Virus record (IMG/VR): IMGVR_UViG_3300025120_009952
Coordinates: 1,147 to 65,146 of that record
DNA from: a virus
Lineage: Duplodnaviria > Caudoviricetes
Reading direction: 5' to 3' (one strand)
DNA length: 64,000 nt
Notes under the pieces: model-generated
What the model saw: the letters and a program-made list of their open reading frames with translations, nothing else
Database searches by the model: none
What the model was told of the DNA's origin: nothing
Program-made: the position numbers and the translations under genes
Shown: positions 8,669 through 18,537 of the stretch, piece by piece
Layout: each line of letters starts with the position of its first letter
How positions within the stretch are numbered: position 1 is the stretch's first letter

Positions 8669-9210
8669 TGGCTATTACAAAACACATAGGCAAAATGAAA
8701 GACGCAGGTACAAGAGTGGCTGTAGTTTTTAGATCATTGCCAGAAGACCCAGATAGTGCTTTGGTTGTCTCTACAGACAACTTACCTTCACTATACCACG
8801 ATGCTATGATACAAACCATAGACAGTGCAGAAGGACAAGAAGTAAACGAACTACACGACGTCTTAAACCGTAGACAGTTTCCGGACGGCACCAACATGTT
8901 ACAATCTTTGCACAAAGGTGGATATCTCATTAAAGTAAAAACAGAAGATGTCAACATGATGCCAAGACCAAACTACACGTTACCACTGAACGAGTTGAAC
9001 ACAGAAATTGGCAAGATTGCAAAAGATGCCAATCCTGAACCTACTGTGGCACCAGAAAGTGGAGACATGAATTCTGTCGAAGCAAAAAATCTACTTGCCC
9101 AAGCAGAAACTTTGGAAGAACAAGTGAAGACAATGAGAGAAAATGCTTACTCAATGGATGAAACACTGAGACCAAAACGTGGTCGACCAGTTGGTTCAAC
9201 TAAAAAATAA
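8668..9210 (+). CDS. hypothetical phage protein
   Basis: 180 aa; TAATG-coupled; C-terminal AT-hook-like PKRGRP. Confidence 0.75.
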   Translation: MAITKHIGKMKDAGTRVAVVFRSLPEDPDSALVVSTDNLPSLYHDAMIQTIDSAEGQEVNELHDVLNRRQFPDGTNMLQSLHKGGYLIKVKTEDVNMMPRPNYTLPLNELNTEIGKIAKDANPEPTVAPESGDMNSVEAKNLLAQAETLEEQVKTMRENAYSMDETLRPKRGRPVGSTKK

Positions 9211-9512
9211 TGGGCAGAGTTTTTCATGAAGACGCAGTGAAGCAGGGTGCAGAGCAAGGCATGGGACATTTTGAAGTAATTAAATTGTTGTCTCTTAGAG
9301 CAAGGCAAAAACAATTAGCAGTGCAAGGAGTCAAATACCTTTCAGAAGAACAACAGGCATGGGCAAAAGACCAGAGTAAGTTTCCGATACAAGCATTGGA
9401 AGAACTTATAAATGATCAAATAAACTTGCCTGAGTTTTTGGAAACTTTAATCACTCCAGTAGTAGAAGACGACACTCAACCAAAACCTGTAGCAGATAAA
9501 CCTAAGGAATAG
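9210..9512 (+). CDS. rpoZ: RNA polymerase omega subunit-like protein
   Basis: MGRVFHEDAV ~ MARVTVEDAV; F-E-V-I-x-L-x-x-x-RARQ; K-x-P-I-Q-ALEE-L-x-x-x-x-I ~ KPTVIALREI-x-x-G-x-I of RpoZ. Confidence 0.65.
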   Translation: MGRVFHEDAVKQGAEQGMGHFEVIKLLSLRARQKQLAVQGVKYLSEEQQAWAKDQSKFPIQALEELINDQINLPEFLETLITPVVEDDTQPKPVADKPKE

Positions 9513-9517
9513 TTGTC

Positions 9518-11518
9518 ATGGCATACGATGTCTTATTCGTAGATCATGGCAATCCTGGGTCAGATAAAAAATATCATAACCTTAAACAGCATATACCTTA
9601 TGCTGTCGATAATATAAATCAAATCAAGACATCACCTTATTGGCAAGTAAGTTCATATACCGACATAGATAAATTTAATTTTGATTGGGAACCAAACCAA
9701 CATGAAAAACATTACAAGCACTGTGGGGTAAACAATTATGGATTAGCAGACAATGGCATTAGTTTAGAACACAAAATGCCCGCTGAGTTGCATATAAATG
9801 AATTTTTAAAAATACACAGGACAGACAAACACGAAATTTTTTATGTAGACACTGGATCAAAAAAGAATTACTTACCTAACTTAGAAAACACACACGATGT
9901 TAAGAGAACGAGATTCTTCGATAGTTGGCAAAAAGTTGCCAAAAGATGTGCAAACAAGATGACATCAGAATACTGTTGGATAGTACCGTCTGATGTTGAT
10001 TCGACTTCAATTGACTTCACATGGTATCCAGACTTTTGGGAAACTAACTATCTGCATATTTTTGGAAGTAAATGGCAACGCAACAGCGGAGTCATGTTTG
10101 TGCATCGTAACTGGGTAGATGACGAATTCAAATACAGAAACGATTTTACTGTGAGAGGAGATCAAGATGCATATGATAAATTTTTCCTAGATTTTTTTGA
10201 TGACAATAGTAAGATAAGTTTTTCTACTTTCAAAACTAACACGTCATTGATAAGGTTCTTTGACAATCATTTTGATACTATCAAAAGACTTACGACAAAA
10301 AGCACAACCAAATATTTTTGGGTCCTCTCCGGAAACTGTGATTATGAAAAGTTCGATTTTACGTGGTTACCAGACGAAGACACCTATGACCACTTGCACA
10401 CATTTCCTAGCAATACACAAGTGTATGGCGATACATTTTTTATAGATAAACACTCATTCGATATCAAATCAAAAGAAGTATCAAATTTTAAACACTACGA
10501 AACAATAAACTTTAACAAACAACAATCTGCTAAACGTTTACCTTACGATTCTTTGGTCATAAGTCATTATGATTTTGCTAAAGCAATCAAAGACAGATAT
10601 AAAGACACACCAACAAAATATTTTTGGATTACAAATAAACTTGCCGAACCTTTGCCACGTGAAGAATTCAAGTATGATTTTGCACCCGACTATTGGTCTC
10701 CTGCAACAATTTATACATTTGGTCCGGATAATGACGTGATGTTGGTACCAAAAGAATCAGGCACATGGATAAATGAACAAGTCTACGACTATCCTCATAT
10801 ACAAAAACGATCTAACAGGGCGACTGAAAGAACGCTGATGGATGTCATTTTTATCAGTTATGACGAGCCTAATGCCGAAAAACATTGGCAGATGCTTAAA
10901 CTAAAATGCCCCCGTGCAAAAAGGGTAGACAAAGTGAAAGGCCAAACAGAAGCATATCATACAGCGGCAAACATGAGCAATACAGATTGGTTTTTTGCGG
11001 TGTTTGCCAAACATGAACCAATTGAAAGTTTCACTTATGACTGGCAGCCTGATAGGCTCAAATCACCATGTCATTATATTTTTAATGGCATCAATGAAAT
11101 AAACAAATTAGAATATGGTCACAGTGGTGTGATAATGTATGAAAAAAATCTAGTACTTGCAACGACAGATCCTGGCTTGGATTTTACCCTGTCTGCAAAA
11201 CATGATGTCGTTCCGATAGTAACTGCTATCAATAGATTCGCCTACACACCTTTGATGGCGTGGCGTACTGCCTTCAGAGAATGCATAAAACTAAAATATG
11301 ATGTAGACACTACAGGTGACGTAGAACAAAAATACAGATTAAAAGTATGGTGCACAGAAGGTGAAGGCACTAATGCAGAATGGTGTATGCGTGGAGCAAA
11401 CGATGCCGTTGAATATATGGACTCAGTCAATTCAAACATGGATGACCTCAAAAAAAGTTATAACTTTGATTGGCTTATTAACTACTTTACAAACAAATAT
11501 GGAGAAATAAATGATTAA
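9518..11518 (+). CDS. multi-repeat glycosyltransferase-like protein
   Basis: Five degenerate YxW..D...FDFxWxPD repeats; C-terminal DVIFISYDEPNA...AWRTAFRECIKL domain homologous to 26226..27173. Confidence 0.6.
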   Translation: MAYDVLFVDHGNPGSDKKYHNLKQHIPYAVDNINQIKTSPYWQVSSYTDIDKFNFDWEPNQHEKHYKHCGVNNYGLADNGISLEHKMPAELHINEFLKIHRTDKHEIFYVDTGSKKNYLPNLENTHDVKRTRFFDSWQKVAKRCANKMTSEYCWIVPSDVDSTSIDFTWYPDFWETNYLHIFGSKWQRNSGVMFVHRNWVDDEFKYRNDFTVRGDQDAYDKFFLDFFDDNSKISFSTFKTNTSLIRFFDNHFDTIKRLTTKSTTKYFWVLSGNCDYEKFDFTWLPDEDTYDHLHTFPSNTQVYGDTFFIDKHSFDIKSKEVSNFKHYETINFNKQQSAKRLPYDSLVISHYDFAKAIKDRYKDTPTKYFWITNKLAEPLPREEFKYDFAPDYWSPATIYTFGPDNDVMLVPKESGTWINEQVYDYPHIQKRSNRATERTLMDVIFISYDEPNAEKHWQMLKLKCPRAKRVDKVKGQTEAYHTAANMSNTDWFFAVFAKHEPIESFTYDWQPDRLKSPCHYIFNGINEINKLEYGHSGVIMYEKNLVLATTDPGLDFTLSAKHDVVPIVTAINRFAYTPLMAWRTAFRECIKLKYDVDTTGDVEQKYRLKVWCTEGEGTNAEWCMRGANDAVEYMDSVNSNMDDLKKSYNFDWLINYFTNKYGEIND

Positions 11519-12569
11519 TCTTTCAGCATTTGGGTATGAAAAAGGCATGCGGGTGCAAGACATCATACCGGAGACATGGAAACGAAAAGACTTTATACAA
11601 GGAGAAATGGTCAAACGATTTGAACAAGACTTCGCAAAATATGTACATGCCAAACACTGTGTGGCAGTAAGTTCATGCACTTCAGCACTACAAATGAGTT
11701 TACTTGCATTGGGCATAGGTAACGGAGATGAAGTGATTACCACACCATTCACGTGGGTGTCATCTGCAGAATGCATTAAACAAGTGGGCGCCACTCCTGT
11801 GTTTGTTGATATAGATGAAAAGGATATGTGCATAGACGCATTAAAAGTAGGCAAAGCAATTACGGAAAAGACAAAGGCTATTATTGCTGTAGATCTATTT
11901 GGCAATGTGTGTGATATTGATGCATTGAAGCAACATGGACTACCTGTGATAGAAGATGCCGCTCAATCAACAGGAGCACTTTACAAAGGCATGGTCGTAG
12001 GTGGTGTAGCAGATATAACATGCTTTAGTTTTTACCCAACGAAAAATTTATCTTGTTGGGGAGACGCTGGTGCTGTGACTACGAACAACGATGAACTTGC
12101 AGAATCAATATCCGAAATGCGTAACCATGGACAAAGCAAAAGATTTCAAATCGAACGTGTTGGTTGGAATTCACGCATGGACACAATTCATGCAGAAGTT
12201 TTGTGTAGAAAACTTATACATTTAGATAAATGGAATGCAAAAAGAAAACAAATAGCACAATGGTATAACAATGAATTTGCCGATTATGTCGACGTTCCTT
12301 ACCCAAATGATCACAGTCTACATGTCTACCATCAATATGTAATTAGGAGTCCACGGGTGTTAGCAATCAAAGATTATCTCAACAGGAACAATATACAAGC
12401 AAGAACATACTACCCTACTCCATTGCATCAGGTACCAACCTATAAACAAGATACTTCCTTACCTAATGCTGAAATGTCTAGCACCACAGGATTGGCAATA
12501 CCGGTACATCAATGGTTAACAGAAAAAGATATTGATGTTATAATAAAAACAACTAAAGAAATAATATGA
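11511..12569 (+). CDS. DegT/DnrJ/EryC1/StrS PLP-dependent sugar aminotransferase
   Basis: GDEVITTPFTW, IEDAAQS, CFSFYPTKNL (PLP lysine), GWNSRMD. Confidence 0.93.
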   Translation: MINLSAFGYEKGMRVQDIIPETWKRKDFIQGEMVKRFEQDFAKYVHAKHCVAVSSCTSALQMSLLALGIGNGDEVITTPFTWVSSAECIKQVGATPVFVDIDEKDMCIDALKVGKAITEKTKAIIAVDLFGNVCDIDALKQHGLPVIEDAAQSTGALYKGMVVGGVADITCFSFYPTKNLSCWGDAGAVTTNNDELAESISEMRNHGQSKRFQIERVGWNSRMDTIHAEVLCRKLIHLDKWNAKRKQIAQWYNNEFADYVDVPYPNDHSLHVYHQYVIRSPRVLAIKDYLNRNNIQARTYYPTPLHQVPTYKQDTSLPNAEMSSTTGLAIPVHQWLTEKDIDVIIKTTKEII

Positions 12570-13468
12570 AAATAGCAGTGATAGGTGCAGGATACTGGGG
12601 TTCAAAATTAGTCAATAGCATCAAAGGACATGATGTGAAAGTCGTAGACGTCAAAGATGGAACCAAACTAGACGAAGCATTCGACTGTGAGGCAGCCATT
12701 GTTGCAACACCGGCCATGGATCATTATAAGACTGCCATGAAACTTTTAGAGCAAGGTGTCCATTGTTTGGTTGAAAAACCTATTGCCCTAAAATACAATG
12801 AAGTTGAGATGTTAAAAGTTACGGCACAAGAATACAATGTTAAACTTATGGCTGGTCATGTTTTGTGTTATACTGATTTAATCACTAAACTTAAAGAAAC
12901 TATTGTTAACGAAAATGTTTTACATATAGAATCAAGAAGACTTGCTTGGGGTAGAATACAATATGACATATCACCCATTCCTCATTTGGCTCCACATGAT
13001 GTGGCTGTTCTTGATCATGTGTTCGAAGGAGCCATGCCCAAACAAGTGTACAGCAGAGGTTACAGGTTTGATAGCAGAGAGTTTCCTGATTATGTAATAA
13101 GTGATTTAGACTATGGTGATTTTACTGTGCAATTACAGATGGGTTGGTACTATCCTAAAAAGACTAGAACTATTACCACAATTACAAACAAAGGTCATCA
13201 TATATGGGATGACGCTGAAAACACATGGGAATTTAAAGCCAATTACATGAGCGGTAAATATCAAGAGCAAAATCCAAAAATGGACTATAAAATAGAATCA
13301 CCGACAATATTCACTCCAGTAGAAAATGAAATACAACATTTTATAAATTGCATAGAACACAATCTCGAACCTATCACAGGCAGTAATCATGCCTTAAGAG
13401 TTACTCATATTGTAAACCATTTAGAACAAAGTTTGAAAATAAAGAAACCATGTACAGTAATATATTAG
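12566..13468 (+). CDS. Gfo/Idh/MocA NAD-dependent oxidoreductase (WlbA/WbpB-like)
   Basis: IGAGYWG, VATPA..H, LVEKP, LAPHD. Confidence 0.88.
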   Translation: MKIAVIGAGYWGSKLVNSIKGHDVKVVDVKDGTKLDEAFDCEAAIVATPAMDHYKTAMKLLEQGVHCLVEKPIALKYNEVEMLKVTAQEYNVKLMAGHVLCYTDLITKLKETIVNENVLHIESRRLAWGRIQYDISPIPHLAPHDVAVLDHVFEGAMPKQVYSRGYRFDSREFPDYVISDLDYGDFTVQLQMGWYYPKKTRTITTITNKGHHIWDDAENTWEFKANYMSGKYQEQNPKMDYKIESPTIFTPVENEIQHFINCIEHNLEPITGSNHALRVTHIVNHLEQSLKIKKPCTVIY

Positions 13469-14091
13469 CCATAGGCGCTCATCCAGATGACGTCGAACTT
13501 GGATGTGCAGGTACCCTGCTGAAATTTAAACAGCAAGGAGCAAATGTAGATATCGTTGTATCAAGAGATGATAATGCTCCACGTCCGAGTGTTAGACGAA
13601 ACAGAGATATAATGATAAAAGAATACAAATCTTCTGAAAAAGTCTTAGGTATACCATTTCACATAATGAAAAATCCTGTAAGCGAAGATGGGCGTCCTAT
13701 TCTAGAATGGAACAGTACCACAATATCTGACATGGACAAGATTGTAAATAGAAAAGAATATGATCTGATTATTACACATTCACCAGGAGACCATCATAAC
13801 GATCACGTTAACACATTCAAAATAGTAAACAGTAGCCTCAGAAGGTATCATGGCGAGTTTTGGGTAATGGAAGAAGCACCATATAATAATAAAAACAGAG
13901 ATTTCCAAGCAGACATATTTGTTGATATTACAAACACCATTGATAAAAAACTTGAATCTATTTCTTGCTATTCAAGTTATTTCGACGACACACTCTTACA
14001 CAATATAAAAGGATTAGCCGCATACCGAGGGCAAATGCTAGGTGTCGAATATGCAGAATCATTTCAACTTCGTTGGCGGAACATCTATTAA
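13450..14091 (+). CDS. PIG-L/LmbE family deacetylase
   Basis: IGAHPDDVELG, THSPGDHHNDH, FVDIT..IDKK, YAESF. Confidence 0.9.
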   Translation: MYSNILAIGAHPDDVELGCAGTLLKFKQQGANVDIVVSRDDNAPRPSVRRNRDIMIKEYKSSEKVLGIPFHIMKNPVSEDGRPILEWNSTTISDMDKIVNRKEYDLIITHSPGDHHNDHVNTFKIVNSSLRRYHGEFWVMEEAPYNNKNRDFQADIFVDITNTIDKKLESISCYSSYFDDTLLHNIKGLAAYRGQMLGVEYAESFQLRWRNIY

Positions 14092-15137
14092 TGGTCAAAT
14101 TCATATACCTAGATCGACATTGGGCAATGATAAAAAAACATTACATAAAAAACTTAGACCAAATTTGGTCGCAGGGTAAAGTAGTGTACGAAGATTTGCA
14201 AGTTGTTGATTTAATAAAACAACACACTAACAGAAAATATGTTACTCTCACTAACAGTTGCACGGATGCAATCACAATGATGATACAAGCATCATTAGAA
14301 CCTGGCAGTGAAATAATTTGTCCTGCATACAGTTTTTATGCAACTGCCCATGCCATATCCAGAGCAGGCTGTAAACCTGTGTTCGTCGATGTGGACAAAA
14401 ACTATCATTTGGATTTAGATAAAATTAAACTAACGTCAAAGACTAAGGCAATGTTATTTGTGTCATTGTTCGGCAATCCCATGAACTATCCCGAAGTTTT
14501 AAAGTATTGCAAAACAAATGACATCATTTGTTTAGAAGATGCCGCACAAAGTTTTGGTTCTTCTTATGGCAAACACAAAAGTGGTGCAGTTGGATTAGCA
14601 AGTGCTTTAAGTTTTTCACCATCTAAACCTTCACCAACTTTTGGTTTTTTAGGTGCAATGGCAACAGATGACAAAGTGGTATTCGACTATGTCCAGGATG
14701 CAAAAAAGCACAGTATGTCAAATGGCACAGTAGGACATAATTCTAATCCTGCAAGTGCGTTGGTCCTCCAACTTCAACACAGTTTAGAATTGAATGAGTT
14801 ATGCCAACAACACAGAAACGATCATGCATCTACATATGACATGGCGCTGGCCAATCATGTGGTGTTGCCGGAGAGACAAGAAAAAACAAATTGGTCAAAA
14901 TATGTTATTCAAACTGATGATCGGGATGAACTTAAAACATTTTTAGACAAGCAGGGCATAGAAACTAAAATACACTACAACACATTATTACCAAAATACA
15001 AAATGTACAACAAACACACAATATATCCAAAAGCAGAATGGTTATCACATAGAAGTCTCAGCCTGCCTATAGACGCATGGATGTCGAACAAAGAATGTAA
15101 TATGGTGTGCAAAGCAATAAAGGAATTCTTTTCATGA
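14091..15137 (+). CDS. second DegT/DnrJ-family aminotransferase (divergent)
   Basis: TAATG-coupled start at 14091; LEDAAQSFG, SFSPSK, LSLPI. Confidence 0.85.
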   Translation: MVKFIYLDRHWAMIKKHYIKNLDQIWSQGKVVYEDLQVVDLIKQHTNRKYVTLTNSCTDAITMMIQASLEPGSEIICPAYSFYATAHAISRAGCKPVFVDVDKNYHLDLDKIKLTSKTKAMLFVSLFGNPMNYPEVLKYCKTNDIICLEDAAQSFGSSYGKHKSGAVGLASALSFSPSKPSPTFGFLGAMATDDKVVFDYVQDAKKHSMSNGTVGHNSNPASALVLQLQHSLELNELCQQHRNDHASTYDMALANHVVLPERQEKTNWSKYVIQTDDRDELKTFLDKQGIETKIHYNTLLPKYKMYNKHTIYPKAEWLSHRSLSLPIDAWMSNKECNMVCKAIKEFFS

Positions 15138-16102
15138 ACGTACTGATACTAGGTGGGCATGGATTCATTGGTTCACATGTGAGCCACATCCTTAAAGCAC
15201 AAGGACACACAGTTTCTGTGCTAGATTGCTATCATCAATACCATATATTTCCTGACTGGGAGTATGAACCTGTGTTAGAACAAAGAAAGCAATGGGCAGG
15301 TGCTGACGAAATTCATATAGGAAAAATTGAAGATGCCTTTTTCTTAGAACATGTATTCAAAAGTAGCAAGCCAGATATAGTAATTCATTTAGCAACATAC
15401 CCGAATGCACATATGGTCAAACGTAACCCAGAAGATGCAACAGGAAATATGGTCACAGCAAACATCAATATATTGAACGCCTGTGTAAAACATCACATTA
15501 AAAGGATAGTTTTCAGTTCAAGTTCTATGGTATATGGAGACTTCACTACAGAGGCTCCAGACGAAACCCACGCTACCAACCCACTTACATTGTATGGATC
15601 TTACAAATTGCAAGGTGAAAAGATGTGCGAAATTTGGAATAGAGAGCATGGATTAGAATACGTCATCATGCGTCCAAGTGCTTTGTATGGCACTAGAGAC
15701 ATGATTGTAAGAGTCATAAGTCAAATGACCAAAAGTGCTTTGGTCAATAAAAAGATCACTGTCAATGGTCCGGACAACAAGTTAGATTTTAGTTTCGTGG
15801 AGGATGTTGCTGAATATTTTTGCAGAGTTGCATTTGAACCTACAGCGGCCAATCAAAAGTTTAACTGCACTAGAGGGCGTGGCAGGAAAATAATAGAAGC
15901 CGCGGACATGGTTCAGTCTTTGCTGGGTTCAAAGATATTGATAGAACTTAAACCACATGATGCATTCTATCCAAACAGAGACACATTAAACAGCACAAAG
16001 ATAGTCGAAACATTGAATTGGAAACCTACATATGATATAGAACAAGGTATTCCGAAATATATTGATTGGTTCTTAAAACAAGATTTTATTAGTAAACTTT
16101 AA
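15134..16102 (+). CDS. NAD-dependent epimerase/dehydratase (extended SDR)
   Basis: ATGA-coupled start; GGHGFIG, SSSMVYG, YGSYK. Confidence 0.92.
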   Translation: MNVLILGGHGFIGSHVSHILKAQGHTVSVLDCYHQYHIFPDWEYEPVLEQRKQWAGADEIHIGKIEDAFFLEHVFKSSKPDIVIHLATYPNAHMVKRNPEDATGNMVTANINILNACVKHHIKRIVFSSSSMVYGDFTTEAPDETHATNPLTLYGSYKLQGEKMCEIWNREHGLEYVIMRPSALYGTRDMIVRVISQMTKSALVNKKITVNGPDNKLDFSFVEDVAEYFCRVAFEPTAANQKFNCTRGRGRKIIEAADMVQSLLGSKILIELKPHDAFYPNRDTLNSTKIVETLNWKPTYDIEQGIPKYIDWFLKQDFISKL

Positions 16103-17594
16103 CCCTGTATTCTTTTTCCCAGGCTTCTGCATCTTTTTCATCATTAACCATCGGCTTGCCTCTAATGTTAAGTGAAGTGTTTAGCAACATAGGACACCCA
16201 GTAACTCTGTACCATTCTTCTAATAATGCTCTGAATCCCGGAGAATCATCATTGCCTACAGTTTGTACTCTTGATGTACCATCTTTATGTACGATAGCAG
16301 GAAATAAATGTGGCTTCTTGCAAGGTGCTGTGAATTGCATATACGGAGATATCTCAATACCTTTAGGCATGTCAAAGTAATCATGTACATGTTCTTCTAG
16401 AATTGCTGGAGCAAAAGGTCTAAACTTTTGCCTTTTCTTAATTGTGTTGACTTGGTCCTTTATCGCTGAACCTCTAGGATCTGCTAACAAGGATCTATGT
16501 CCTAATGCTCGCGGACCAAACTCTGCTCTACCATTTGCTACACCACAAATTTTACTTTTTGATAGTTCATATACAATGTCTTTTACTGGATATGGTCTGT
16601 CTATGTTGTAACCTAAAAACGGGTGTTTCCATTCTACCCATTCGTTGCGTTGAGCCAGTGCGGCACCTAATGCATTTCCTGAGTCTCCTGGTGACGGCAT
16701 AACCCAAACATCTTCCCAAAGGTGTGATATAGTAGAGTTTGCTTTACAGTTCAAAGCACATCCACCCATATAAACTAAATTTTTACTTTTTGAAATGCGT
16801 TGTGCATATCTCATCACATTGAAAATTATATCTTCTGTCAGTGCTTGGATGCTACAGGCAATGTCATATTCGGGAGGAAAGTCATCTTTAATTTTTGGTT
16901 TAAACGCTAGGCCTTTGTGTACATTGTGTTTCAACTTAAAGTCACCATTGCCCATTTCTTGTATAAACTGATCTTTGATTTGCTCATAGTATATTGGCTC
17001 TCCATATGCCGCCATGCCCATTGTGATGTATTCTTCATGTAACGGTTTCAATCCAATATGATTTGTGAATGCTGTGTACAATAATCCTAGACTATGTGGA
17101 TATCTTGTGCTGTGTAATTTGGTAATTTTTTGGTCTTTGGCTTCCCATATAGTAAGTGTGTCCCATTCTCCTATGGCATCTATTACCACTATTGTAGCGT
17201 CTCTAAACGGGCTCGTATAGTATCCTGCACATGCATGACTATAATGATGTTCATGCGTTGACAGAGGTGGATTATGCTTTAATAAACCGTCAATTGATCC
17301 ATTAAAGTACTGCTTCATGTACTTCTTAGGTGAGTTGCTTTGGAATGCTTGTTTCCATTCACCTGCATATATCTGTCGCTGTTTCTTTTTGAGTGGTTTT
17401 TCATACCAAGCAATTTCATCTGGTTTTCCGTGTTGTAAACAATCCTTCATCAATTGAAGATTTATATGCTTGTCTAATTTGACTTTTGGTCCGTACCTTT
17501 CACTGTGCCCTGCGAATGCAATTTGATCATCGTCAATCAATGCAACCGCGGCATCATGGAACAATGCACTTACACCTAAAATCTTTTTACCCAT
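16089..17594 (-). CDS. O-carbamoyltransferase (NodU/CmcH/TobZ family)
   Basis: HDAA, HHYSHA, DAIGE, MGMAAYG, GGCALN, EFGPRALGHRS, RPFAP, SRVQTV, LLNTSLN. Confidence 0.95.
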   Translation of the reverse strand: MGKKILGVSALFHDAAVALIDDDQIAFAGHSERYGPKVKLDKHINLQLMKDCLQHGKPDEIAWYEKPLKKKQRQIYAGEWKQAFQSNSPKKYMKQYFNGSIDGLLKHNPPLSTHEHHYSHACAGYYTSPFRDATIVVIDAIGEWDTLTIWEAKDQKITKLHSTRYPHSLGLLYTAFTNHIGLKPLHEEYITMGMAAYGEPIYYEQIKDQFIQEMGNGDFKLKHNVHKGLAFKPKIKDDFPPEYDIACSIQALTEDIIFNVMRYAQRISKSKNLVYMGGCALNCKANSTISHLWEDVWVMPSPGDSGNALGAALAQRNEWVEWKHPFLGYNIDRPYPVKDIVYELSKSKICGVANGRAEFGPRALGHRSLLADPRGSAIKDQVNTIKKRQKFRPFAPAILEEHVHDYFDMPKGIEISPYMQFTAPCKKPHLFPAIVHKDGTSRVQTVGNDDSPGFRALLEEWYRVTGCPMLLNTSLNIRGKPMVNDEKDAEAWEKEYRVKVY

Positions 17595-18420
17595 ATAATT
17601 CCTTTAACTTGTTATTTAATATTACACTAAGATGGGTATGACTTGCAACACCTAAGTGTCCATCTGGTAATTTATCATCAGGGTCTTGCATATAACTCCA
17701 AACCGTGAAGTCTTCTTCGGGCCATCCCATGAATGTATCAAAGTTCATGCCATCCAGTATAGGATAAATCCTTCGATCATTAAAATTTTCTTTGTACAAT
17801 TCTTTGTTGCCAAATGCATTAAAGAAAAGATACTTTACTTTTTTAGATTCTAAAAACTGCTGTAGGTCTACTACTTGCTCTAAATATCTTACAAACAAAT
17901 CACTATCAGAGTGCTTCAGGTAAAAATCTTTTTGATAATCTCTGTCACCTTGATAAAATGGATCTTTCGGAGAGTTCAATCCCGACTCCTGTATTTGCAC
18001 ATAGGTCGTATCTCCATCATTATCATAAGGACCTGTTCTGCCTTGAAATCTGTATGGGACCACGTGATCTATTTCATTTTTTGGCCTAGCATATTCTACT
18101 CTTACTGCCGTGCTCCAACCTATTACAACATAGACATCTGCACAATCTTCGATATCATTAATAAATTGCTTAGTACGCCTTATCATCCTGTCATTGGATC
18201 CGCCGGCCCATCCATCATTTATAAATTGACAATCCATTAATTTCCCTAACTTACCGGGCCATGTGTCTATCAATCTCGCTTGTTCAAAGTGTTTCCAATG
18301 GAACTGCGGTTTAGCAGTCAAGTTGCCAATACCTGTGCCCCATGTAAAACTGTCACCGTTTGCATAAATGACTGGTGTGTTAGGCTTCTCATGCCAAAAT
18401 TTTCGGTAATCGTTAACCAT
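17587..18420 (-). CDS. SGNH/GDSL-like hydrolase or acyltransferase
   Basis: NGDSFTWG, N.G..GGSN, IGWS, C-terminal DGH. Confidence 0.7.
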   Translation of the reverse strand: MVNDYRKFWHEKPNTPVIYANGDSFTWGTGIGNLTAKPQFHWKHFEQARLIDTWPGKLGKLMDCQFINDGWAGGSNDRMIRRTKQFINDIEDCADVYVVIGWSTAVRVEYARPKNEIDHVVPYRFQGRTGPYDNDGDTTYVQIQESGLNSPKDPFYQGDRDYQKDFYLKHSDSDLFVRYLEQVVDLQQFLESKKVKYLFFNAFGNKELYKENFNDRRIYPILDGMNFDTFMGWPEEDFTVWSYMQDPDDKLPDGHLGVASHTHLSVILNNKLKELYG

Positions 18421-18530
18421 TAATGGTAAATGAAAGGATCTCTCTTTTTAAGTTCTTTCAATCGTTTTTTGTATGCACGATTGGATTTCCATTTACGCCA
18501 AATGTTTTGTACCCATCTAATTATAAACAT
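18420..18530 (-). CDS. 36-aa basic peptide MFIIRWVQNIWRKWKSNRAYKKRLKELKKRDPFIYH (absent from the ORF track)
   Basis: Hand translation. It fills the gap between the last radical SAM gene and the SGNH gene, is TAATG-coupled to the SGNH start, and has TAATTA 4 nt upstream of its ATG. Confidence 0.7.
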   Translation of the reverse strand: MFIIRWVQNIWRKWKSNRAYKKRLKELKKRDPFIYH

Positions 18531-18537
18531 ACTCTAA

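Noticed and set aside
13965-14090. ORF-track upstream starts (13965; likewise 6253, 15107, 33324, 54323, 61554, 62420)
   Set aside because: Downstream starts coincide with TAATG/ATGA coupling, an SD or promoter geometry, and avoid long overlaps.
9518-17594. Host O-antigen/capsule locus, implying a prophage boundary or chimeric contig
   Set aside because: The genes are tightly coupled to phage-type genes and share their promoter motifs; there are no wzx/wzy/ABC export genes, integrase or att-like boundary.
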